Source: a bacterium (lineage in GTDB: Bacteria; UBA8248). Taken from it: a stretch of 64,000 nt of DNA. The notes under the pieces were generated by a model that had not been told where the DNA came from, searched no databases, and saw only the letters and a list, made by a program, of their open reading frames with translations. Positions within the stretch are counted from its first letter, which is position 1. The number at the start of each line of letters is the position of its first letter. The stretch covers positions 2,367,486 through 2,431,485 of the forward strand of contig OZ241326.1 of the NCBI GenBank assembly GCA_965199855.1, written 5' to 3'. The translations under genes and the position numbers were made by a program. This document shows positions 56,745 through 64,000 of the stretch, piece after piece.

Positions 56745-57872
56745 CTACCAGACGCAGCCGCGGGCGGCGACGGGAATGACGACCTCGAGGACGCCCTCCT
56801 CCGTCCCGCCGCGAATTCCATGATAGACGTCGTAGAGGTTGATGGTCGGGTCGCAGTGGCTGGGCTGGAACAGGAGCGTCTCGCCGATTTCGGGACGCCG
56901 GGCGGAGGGCGAGAGCGTCAGCACGCCGTGCTCGTCCGAGGCGCGCGCGTGCTCGGCGCCCTCGAGCTCCAGGCAGGGGGCGAGCCCGCTGTCCGAGGCG
57001 AGCGCCTTGTGGCCGGCGTCCACGACGGCGCGGTCGGACGAGGCGCTCACCACCGTCGTCAGCACGAACAGGGCGGGCCGGAAGTCGTCGTAGGCTTCGG
57101 AGTCCTCGCCGCCGATGCTGCGGTAGTGGGAGTCCATGAAGAGGTAGCTGCCCGCCTGGAGCTCGTTCAGAACGCACGCTTCCGCGTCCCAGCGCCAGGA
57201 GCCGGTGCCGCCGCCGCTTCTGATCTCCGTGGAAAGCCCGGCGGCGCGGAAGGCGGCTATGGTCTCCTCCATCAGCGCGATGGCGCGCGCATAGACCGCG
57301 CGCCGCTCGGCGAAGCCCTCCACGTGCTGCGCCGCGCCCTGATACGCCTGAATCCCCCGGAGCGCGAGCCCGGGCAGCCTCTCCACGCGCTCGGCCAGCT
57401 CGACGGCCGCCGCCCCCGGCGCGACCCCGCAGCGCCCCTGGCCTACGTCCACGTCCACGAGCGCGCCGATCTCCGCCCCCGCCTCCACGGCGGCCTCGGA
57501 GAGCATGGCCGCCCCCCGCGGGTGATCTACCACCGCCGCGATCCGCGCGTGGCGCGCAAGGGCGGCGAGGCGCCCGAGCTTCGAGGCGGCGGCGACCTCG
57601 CTGCTCACCAGCGCGTCCTCCACGCCGCCCGCCACCATCACCTCCGCCTCGCTCACCTTCTGGCAGCACACGCCCACCGCGCCCAGGGCGATCTGCTTTT
57701 TCGCCAGCCAGGGGCTCTTGTGCGTCTTGGCGTGGGCGCGCAGGCGGACGCCCGTGCCCTCCAGGCGCGCCGCCATGCGCGCGAGGTTCTCCTCCATGGC
57801 GTCGAGGTCGATGAGCAGGGCGGGGGTTTCGAGCTCGCGCGCGGGCGTCCCGACCCTCTGGCTCGGTCGCAT
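56745..57872 (-). CDS. alanine-racemase-N-domain / DSD1-family PLP enzyme (D-serine deaminase or D-threonine aldolase-like)
   Basis: LLIDLDAMEENL...RAHAKTHKSPWLAKKQ (PLP-binding Lys); 375 aa. Confidence 0.75.
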   Translation of the reverse strand: MRPSQRVGTPARELETPALLIDLDAMEENLARMAARLEGTGVRLRAHAKTHKSPWLAKKQIALGAVGVCCQKVSEAEVMVAGGVEDALVSSEVAAASKLGRLAALARHARIAAVVDHPRGAAMLSEAAVEAGAEIGALVDVDVGQGRCGVAPGAAAVELAERVERLPGLALRGIQAYQGAAQHVEGFAERRAVYARAIALMEETIAAFRAAGLSTEIRSGGGTGSWRWDAEACVLNELQAGSYLFMDSHYRSIGGEDSEAYDDFRPALFVLTTVVSASSDRAVVDAGHKALASDSGLAPCLELEGAEHARASDEHGVLTLSPSARRPEIGETLLFQPSHCDPTINLYDVYHGIRGGTEEGVLEVVIPVAARGCVW

Positions 57873-58199
57873 GGAGAATTCTCCCCGGGGAAGGGGCGCG
57901 GCCCGAACCGCGGGACAACGGCGCGGGCCTCGGGCGCGAAAAGCGAAAGGGACGAATTCAGGGGATAATACCCCGGGGATCAGGCAAAGGGAAGCGCAGC
58001 CGGCGCCCCTCGCTCCATATCCGCAAGCCCGGCGTCAGCGCGAGGGTCTCGCTTCGCTCCCTGGCGAATTGTTTCCTCGCGTCCATGCTGCGAACATAAA
58101 AAAAGCCACCAAGGTCCGCGTCATCGAGAAACATCCTCAATGAGAGGCGTGGCGGCTACGTTGGAGAAAACGTATCCGCGCATCGCATTCACGTCAAGG

Positions 58200-58500
58200 T
58201 AAAAGCGAATCCGAAAAGGCGAGAGCATATCTGACGCGCGCTGAAGGATATTTCGCTTTTCATCGTCATTGCGGCGAAAGCCGCAATCCAGGACCGACGG
58301 GAAAACAAGGGATTCCGCAATCCCTCCGCCTGGTCGGGATTGACGCCGGAATGACGACGGGGGACGCGGGCTTTATGATTCGTAGGGGCGGTTCGGGAAC
58401 CGTCCGTTTTGGAACGGCAACCCCCGGATTCCGCAATCCCTCCGCCCTTCCGGGTAGGGTGGGACGACTTGCCCGGCGTCCCTTCCTGCCGCATGATGGG
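58200..58500. repeat. REP/BIME-like palindromic repeat cluster
   Basis: ggattccgcaatccctccgcc (x2), gacgccggaatgacgacg and tcgtaggggcggttcgggaaccg units. Confidence 0.75.
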
Positions 58501-58539
58501 GTGGTTTTGCGCCGCCCCGCTCGCGTTCGGAGGACTTTC

Positions 58540-59430
58540 ATGCGCACCAAGGCGGACGATCTCCTCGAGGGCGCCATCGACGTCCACGCCCACATCTTCC
58601 CGCAGGTGTTCGTCGAGGAGTCCGGGCGCGTGCTGGATCACGAATGGGCCGAACTCGCCCGCGACGCCGGGATGCGCGGCTTCGTGATGAAGAGCCACCT
58701 GTGGCCCACCATGGCGCAGGCGCGTATTCTGAACGAGGTCTATCCCGACGTCGCCGCCTTCGGCGCCATCGTCCTGAACGCGAACGTGGGCGGGCTTTCG
58801 CCCTTCGCGGCGGAGAGCGCGGTTCGCCTGGGCGCGAAGGTCATCTGGATGCCCACCTACTCCGCGGCGAACGACATCGCGGTCGGCGCCTACAGCGCGC
58901 GCATCGCGGAAGCCTACCGCCGGCCGCCCCCGGACGCGGGCCTCGCCGTCCTGGACGAGGACGGCGCGGTTTCGCCCGACGCCGAGGCCGTCCTCGAAAT
59001 CGCCCGTGACGCGAACGTCGCCGTGGCGACCGGCCATCTCTCGGCCGACGAGGGCGTCGCCCTCGCGCGGCGCGCCCGCGAGATCGGGCTGGAGAAGTTC
59101 ATCTTCACCCATCCGATCATCTTCATCGTGCGCGCGAGCGAGGCGCAGCTGCGCGAGGTGGCGGATATGGGCTACATCATCGAGTTCACCTGGATCTCCG
59201 CCTTTCCGATGTGGCGCGACCTCGACCCCTGGGAGGTGGCGCGAACCGCGCGCGCCCTGGGCCCCGAGCGCTGCGTGATGAGCACGGACGCGCAGCTCGA
59301 CCTCAACCCCCCGCCGCCCGAGATGCTGCGGATGTTCATCGCCACCATGCTGCGCCTGGGGTTCGGCGAGGACGAGATTCGCTGGATGACGCAGCGAAAC
59401 CCCGCCCGGCTGATGGGCCTGGAAGGATGA
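58540..59430 (+). CDS. amidohydrolase-2 family TIM-barrel metal-dependent hydrolase
   Basis: AIDVHAHIFPQ... N-terminal His pair; start at MRTKADD with RBS ggagga. The track ORF begins 63 codons upstream inside a repeat. Confidence 0.75.
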   Translation: MRTKADDLLEGAIDVHAHIFPQVFVEESGRVLDHEWAELARDAGMRGFVMKSHLWPTMAQARILNEVYPDVAAFGAIVLNANVGGLSPFAAESAVRLGAKVIWMPTYSAANDIAVGAYSARIAEAYRRPPPDAGLAVLDEDGAVSPDAEAVLEIARDANVAVATGHLSADEGVALARRAREIGLEKFIFTHPIIFIVRASEAQLREVADMGYIIEFTWISAFPMWRDLDPWEVARTARALGPERCVMSTDAQLDLNPPPPEMLRMFIATMLRLGFGEDEIRWMTQRNPARLMGLEG

Positions 59431-59933
59431 GAGGCGCGCGCGGCGGCGCCCGCTCCGCCGGCTTCCGGGGAGGAGCGGGCCTCCGCGGGACGGGGCTGAT
59501 TCTCTGCGCGGCGGCCCTCCTTCTCCTCGCGCCTGCGGCCTCGGGCGCGGAGACGCTCGTCATCGCCCTCACCCAGACGGGCTGCCAGTTCCTCGAACCC
59601 GAAGGCGGGGATCGCGGCTTCCGGCCCGAAAGGGCGGCCGACTGCCGGCGCGTCAACGCCGAGACCGGGGCGCGGCGCCTCGCCGCCGCCCGGACGATGA
59701 CGCTCCGGCCCGGCCGCTACGTCTTCCGGGTGACGAACCGGAGCGTGCCCTACGAGCTCGGCTTCTACCTGCGCGGGGCGGGCGTCGGACGCCTCACGCT
59801 GCCCAAAGTCTCGGGCGGCGGCATCGCGCGCGGGCGGACGCGCGACTACGCCGTCACCCTGACGGAGGGCGAGTATCGCTACTCCTGCCCCCTGAACCCG
59901 ACGCCCGACTACAGACTGCGCGTGAGAAACTAG
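59427..59933 (+). CDS. secreted hypothetical protein (168 aa)
   Basis: Signal peptide ...LILCAAALLLLAPAASGAE; ATG overlaps the upstream stop (GATGA). It corresponds to the C-terminal part of track ORF 59211..59933. Confidence 0.5.
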   Translation: MRGARGGARSAGFRGGAGLRGTGLILCAAALLLLAPAASGAETLVIALTQTGCQFLEPEGGDRGFRPERAADCRRVNAETGARRLAAARTMTLRPGRYVFRVTNRSVPYELGFYLRGAGVGRLTLPKVSGGGIARGRTRDYAVTLTEGEYRYSCPLNPTPDYRLRVRN

Positions 59934-59939
59934 CCGCGG

Positions 59940-61040
59940 CGCGCCGGGACGCATGAATGCGCCGCGCGTTCGTAGATGGAATCGCCTTCGCATTCGTAGG
60001 GACAGGTCGCGACCTGCCCCTACACAAAACATGAACGCCCCGCCGCCTCCGATGCGAACGCCTCTTGAACACGGGCGGCCATTCCTTGCGGAACCGTCCC
60101 CGCGCCCCGGTTCTGGATTCCGGCCTTCGCCGGAATGACGGGCTTTGAGTCGCGCCCGCCGGGATCGTAGGGACGCCCCCCTGTGGTTGTCCTTCCGCCG
60201 TAGGGGCGGTTCGTGAACCGCCCACATCGCCATCAATACAAAACGGCGCGGGACGCATGAATGCGTCCCCTACAAAACCGTCGCACCCTCCCCGCCGTAG
60301 GGGGCGCATTCTTGCGCCCCGCCCTGTGGTTGTCCGCCCGCGTTCTTCCTCCGTCGGGACGATCCTTCCGCCCTGTCGGAATGGATCGCGCATTTGCCCG
60401 CATTTGCGCCTGTCGGGCCTTTCCGCGAACGCGCGAGAATCCGCCGCGAGGGGGAGGCGGCGAGCATGGGTTTCGGGAAGCGGATGATGACGAAGGCGGG
60501 GGCGCGCGTCAGGGCGTTTTTCGCCCTCGGCCGTTCTCGCGTCGTCAATTCCGATGAAGAGGCAAGATTGCGGAATCCGGGGGTTGTCGTCCGGCGACGG
60601 GCGGCTCGGGAGCTGTGGGGCGGCCCCGGGGAGGGGCCACCCCTGCGCGTTTCAGGAGTGACGCGCGCGCGTCGTCCGCGTCATAATAAAGACGACGCTA
60701 TTTTCGACAAAATCCGACAAATTCACGGCTTTATCCCGCAAATTCGCGCCTTTTTTCGACAAATTCAAGACCCTTCAGGGCGCGGAAAAAACATCAATAC
60801 ATTGAAAATAAAAGGATTATGGGAATCAGGGGGCGCCGGGAGGGGGTATTTCGCAAGGCCGCGGCATTTGCGCGCATTTGCCCGCACCCGCGCTTCCCGC
60901 GCGCTGAGGCGCCGCCCGGCCAACCCCCCGCAGAGGCTGCTCTCCAGGAAGCGGCGGGCGCGGCGGCTTGCGGCTTTTCGCGAAAGGCGCGATGATGAGG
61001 CGTCCTTTTGGCGAACGGATTTTCCCTTGAACCCATGAAG
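59940..61040. repeat. REP/BIME-like repeat cluster including the inverted copy of the ~0.5-kb 36.42-36.94 kb segment
   Basis: The reverse complement of 36420-36935 aligns by eye to 60460-60990. Matching stretches include atgggtttcgg..gatgatgacgaaggcg..gtcagggcgttt..cgtcgtcaattccgatga..gattgcggaatccgggggttgtcgtccggcgacgggcggctcgggag..tattttcgacaaaatccgacaaattcacg. Confidence 0.8.
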
Positions 61041-61050
61041 GAGAGCGCCC

Positions 61051-61383
61051 ATGAGCAGCGAGCTTGCGGCGAAGGAGTGCGTCCCCTGCAAGGGCGGCGT
61101 CCCCCCGCTCAAGGGAGACGAACTCACCGCCCTCCAGGAGCGGCTGGGCGGCGGCTGGCGCGTGGTGGACGAGCATCACCTGGAGAAGGAATACCGGTTT
61201 CCCGACTTCCGCGCGGCGCTCGACTTCACGAACCGCGTGGGCGAGATGGCCGAGGAGCAGGGCCACCACCCCGACGTCCATCTGGCGTGGGGGAAGGTCG
61301 GAATCACCATCTGGACGCACAAGATAGACGGGCTGACGGAGAGCGACTTCGTCTTCGCGGCGAAGGCGGACAGCGTTCTGTAG
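61051..61383 (+). CDS. phhB: pterin-4a-carbinolamine dehydratase
   Basis: 110 aa; ...EEQGHHPDVHLAWGKVGITIWTHKIDGLTESDF is the signature [EDKH]-x3-H-[HN]-P. Confidence 0.85.
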   Translation: MSSELAAKECVPCKGGVPPLKGDELTALQERLGGGWRVVDEHHLEKEYRFPDFRAALDFTNRVGEMAEEQGHHPDVHLAWGKVGITIWTHKIDGLTESDFVFAAKADSVL

Positions 61384-61443
61384 GAAGCCGCGGCTTTCAG
61401 CCGGGGGCGCGGGGCGGCGTCCCCTTTCCTTTCGGGGCGGGGC

Positions 61444-62523
61444 GTGCGGATCGCCTTCCTGAACTCCTGGATGCTCGACGCGGCGCGGGGCTCCGGCACG
61501 GCGGCGGCCATCGCGGGCCTGGCGGACGGGCTGGAGGCGAACGGCCACGAGGTGGAGATCGTCGGCCCGCGCGAGCGCGCCTCGAGCCTTCTCCTCCAGC
61601 GGCTCCTCTACAACTTCGAGCTCGGGGAGCGGCTCCCTCCGGACGGCTTCGACCTCGTCACGGGCTTCGACATCGACGGCTTCTGGCTGGACGTCCGCGC
61701 CCCCTTCGTCGTCTTTCTGCACGGCGTGGCGGCGGACGAGATGCGCTTCGAGCGCGGCGCGCCGCGCCGGTATCTCCGCGCCCTCTCCCACCTCGAGCGC
61801 GCCAACGCGCGGCGCGCGGGCAGGGTCCTCCTCACCAGCGAATACAGCCGCCGCGCGGCCTGCGAGGCGTATGATCTTCCGCCGGAGAAGGTCGGCGTGG
61901 TTCCGAACGGGATTCATCCGGCCCACTGGGAGCGCGTCCGGCGGATGAAGGGGCCGCCGGGCCGGACCATCCTCTCGGTGGCGCGGCAGTATCCCCGGAA
62001 GAACACGCGGAGCCTGATTCGCGCCATGCCGCGGGTGCTCGCCGCCCTCCCCGACGCGAGGCTGCGCGTCGTGGGCGGGGGACCGAGCCTGGGCGCCCTG
62101 CGAAGGCAGGCGACCAGCCTGGGGCTGGGCGGGGCGGTGACGCTTCTGGGCGAGATTCCCGACGATGAGGCCGCGCGCCTGGAATACGCGGCGGCGGACG
62201 TGTTCTGCCTCCCCTCGCTCCAGGAGGGCTTCGGCATCGCGTTTCTGGAGGCCATGGCGGCGGGGCTGCCCGTCGTGGGGCTGCGCGCCGCGGCCGCGCC
62301 CGAGGTCGTGGGCGAGGCGGGCGTTCTCCTGCCGCCCGGGGACGCCCCCGGCGGGGAGGCCGACGCGCGCGCCCTGGCCGACGCGCTCATCGGCCTCCTG
62401 AAGGACGAGGCGCTGCGCGAGAGGCTCGGACGCGCCGGCGCCGCGCGCGCGGCGGCCTACGACTGGCGCGCCGTCGCCCGCCGCTTCCTGGAGGAGGCCG
62501 CGCCCCTCCTTGCGGCTCCGTAG
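61444..62523 (+). CDS. GT4-family glycosyltransferase
   Basis: C-terminal E-x7-E region ...PSLQEGFGIAFLEAMAAGLPVVG; GTG start. Confidence 0.8.
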   Translation: MRIAFLNSWMLDAARGSGTAAAIAGLADGLEANGHEVEIVGPRERASSLLLQRLLYNFELGERLPPDGFDLVTGFDIDGFWLDVRAPFVVFLHGVAADEMRFERGAPRRYLRALSHLERANARRAGRVLLTSEYSRRAACEAYDLPPEKVGVVPNGIHPAHWERVRRMKGPPGRTILSVARQYPRKNTRSLIRAMPRVLAALPDARLRVVGGGPSLGALRRQATSLGLGGAVTLLGEIPDDEAARLEYAAADVFCLPSLQEGFGIAFLEAMAAGLPVVGLRAAAAPEVVGEAGVLLPPGDAPGGEADARALADALIGLLKDEALRERLGRAGAARAAAYDWRAVARRFLEEAAPLLAAP

Positions 62524-63180
62524 GGGCGACCCCTCCCCGGGGCCGCCCCGCAATTCGGGAACCGTCCTCATTCAAGGGGCATTCGCATCACGGGCGGCGG
62601 GGCGTTCCCGAACGATCCCTGCGGGATTTTCACGCATCGGCGGGGCGGGATGCGGCGAAGGACAATCCCCGTGGTTGTTCGCTGCGGAGGGCGGGCGCGG
62701 TTCGTCTTCGTAGGGGCGGTTCGAGAACCGCCCGTTTTGAAGAAAGACAATCAAAACCCTGGATTCCGGCCTTCGCCGGAATGACGGGTTTGAGGCGGCG
62801 CTCGCCGGAGGGGAAATCCTCGCCGCCGTTCGAGCGGCGTCTTCAAACAGGGAAAGGGTTGGCCTTTCGTCGTCATTCCGGCGAAGGCCGGAATCCCGAA
62901 CCGGCGCGCGCGGCGGAAAAGAGCCTTTCCGGCCCATCCATCCGTGGGCCGCGTATATGCGCCCCGCGTTGTTTTTCATGGACGGCGACGCGGGCGGCCT
63001 TCGCGCGAACCGCCCCTACGGGATTTTCGCGCCTTGCCGGCGCGCGAACCCGGCGAAGGACAACCACAGGGGGTTGTCCCTACGCCCCACGTCTTTCGGT
63101 GACAAAAAACGGGCGCGGGGATCGTCGGTGGATCCCCGCGCCCGGTTTCTTCAAATGCGGGCGGTTCGCGCGAAGGCCGC
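62520..63180. repeat. REP/BIME-like palindromic repeat cluster
   Basis: gtaggggcgacccctccccggggccgcc, cggttcgagaaccg, attccggccttcgccggaatgacgg (both orientations) and ggacaaccacagggggttgtccctacg. Confidence 0.8.
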
Positions 63181-63188
63181 CCGCGCGC

Positions 63189-64000
63189 CTAGAACTTCAC
63201 GCCGAGGCTCGCGTCGCCGCCGTATTGGTTCGTGTCGCTTCCGCTCGCCTCGTAGTGGCCGGAGACGGTGAGCGCCGCGCTCTCGCCCAGCGCCACGGTG
63301 CCGCCCACGACCACGCGCGCCGTCGTCGGCTCGACCTTCGTCCAGATTCTGGCGTCGGCGACCTTCACGGTCGTCTCGTCGGAGAGCTCGCGCTCGATGT
63401 CCGCCGAGAGGAACGCCCGCGCGCCCCGCCCCCACGCCTCCAGGGTGAAGCCCGCCCGCGCCCGCGCGCTCCGCGCCTCCCGCAGCGAGACCCGCGCGGC
63501 GGAGCCGACCGAATCCGCGAAGTCGTCCAGGTCCGCCGACGACCAGACCAGGCCCAGGCGCGGGGTGACGGTGATCGCGCCGCCGGCGAAGGACATCCTC
63601 CGCCCGACCTCGACGCCCGCCGCCGCGCCCGCGCCGCTCGCGTCCTTCTCCAGCGCGCCGCTGATGGTCGAGGCGATCTCGGCCTCGAACCAGGTCGCGT
63701 GCCCGGAGAAGTCCAGATGGAAGCCGCCCCACGCCCAGGTCGCCGAGGCGCCCGCGCCCGCGCCGTTCACGACGATCTCGCCCGTGCCGGACATCTTCGC
63801 CTTCGCCTTCAGAACGTGCGCCGAGAGGCCGAAGCGGGAAATCCTCCCGCCCAGGTCAACCCCCGCGCGCCCGCCGGATATGCTGTAGTCGTAGCTGAGC
63901 TCCTCCGCCGAGGCCGCCTTGTCCGCCTTCCACTCCCCGCGCGACGCCTCCCCGCGCGCCCAGAAGCCGCTCGCCCCGCGCGGGGCGGAGGTGCGCTCGG
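63189..64000 (-). CDS. autotransporter / outer-membrane beta-barrel domain protein (C-terminal part; gene continues beyond the window end)
   Basis: Ends ...YGGDASLGVKF with a C-terminal aromatic residue; alternating-hydrophobic beta-strand pattern. The frame stays open upstream of the track Met (..VLKAKAKMSGTGE..). Confidence 0.6.
   Translation of the reverse strand, partial: ERTSAPRGASGFWARGEASRGEWKADKAASAEELSYDYSISGGRAGVDLGGRISRFGLSAHVLKAKAKMSGTGEIVVNGAGAGASATWAWGGFHLDFSGHATWFEAEIASTISGALEKDASGAGAAAGVEVGRRMSFAGGAITVTPRLGLVWSSADLDDFADSVGSAARVSLREARSARARAGFTLEAWGRGARAFLSADIERELSDETTVKVADARIWTKVEPTTARVVVGGTVALGESAALTVSGHYEASGSDTNQYGGDASLGVKF

Overview
This 64-kb window is high-GC (~68-70% by eye) bacterial chromosome with three properties that affect annotation: the organism decodes UGA as selenocysteine, repetitive extragenic palindromes (REP/BIME-like) fill several intergenic regions, and the six-frame track contains many long antisense shadow ORFs that I rejected. 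In window order the features are as follows.

- 1-1,888: a minus-strand hopanoid/squalene synthase gene running off the window start, encoding a single polypeptide NUDIX(MutT)-HpnC-HpnD that the ORF track misses entirely.
- 1.9-7.5 kb: metX with a C-terminal extension, a DsbA-like selenoprotein, a CrtI-family oxidoreductase and RidA.
- 7.6-16 kb: tRNA-Val, priA, threonine dehydratase, an SDR, an acyl-CoA dehydrogenase and queC.
- 16.5-20.7 kb: a second DsbA-like selenoprotein and a thioredoxin-like UxxC selenoprotein, interspersed with small housekeeping genes.
- 21.4-27.8 kb: tRNA-Asn(GTT) followed directly by a ~6.2-kb, visibly lower-GC island containing exactly two overlapping genes: a 625-aa protein with no recognisable domain, and a 1,422-aa DExH (SF2) helicase with Zn-ribbon insertions and a C-terminal DUF1998/MZB Cys4 module, i.e. 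DruE/MrfA/DrmA-like. I regard this as the best candidate for a horizontally acquired, possibly undescribed two-gene defence module; its closest known analogue is Druantia type III.
- 28-36.4 kb: an M48 peptidase, a NupC transporter, hydrolases, an FMN reductase + LLM monooxygenase pair, a PEGA lipoprotein, an IlvD/EDD dehydratase and a SRAP (YedK-like) peptidase.
- 36.4-38.5 kb: the largest of five REP/BIME-like clusters (the others are at 55.0-55.5, 58.2-58.5, 59.9-61.0 and 62.5-63.2 kb). It includes a ~0.5-kb segment that recurs inverted at 60.46-60.99 kb.
- 38.5-57.9 kb: an MBL hydrolase, a complete mrpABCDEFG Na+/H+ antiporter operon, a lower-GC M48/PDZ lipoprotein with a HicB/HicA-like pair, a TPP-enzyme + sucCD-like + cyclase operon, an 'NPCA'-repeat c-type cytochrome and a small low-GC PD-(D/E)xK nuclease-fold gene.
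- 58.5-64.0 kb: an amidohydrolase, a pterin dehydratase, a GT4 glycosyltransferase and a partial autotransporter beta-domain gene.

No rRNA, CRISPR array, integrase or transposase was seen. All functional calls rest on by-eye motif recognition; no database search could be run.
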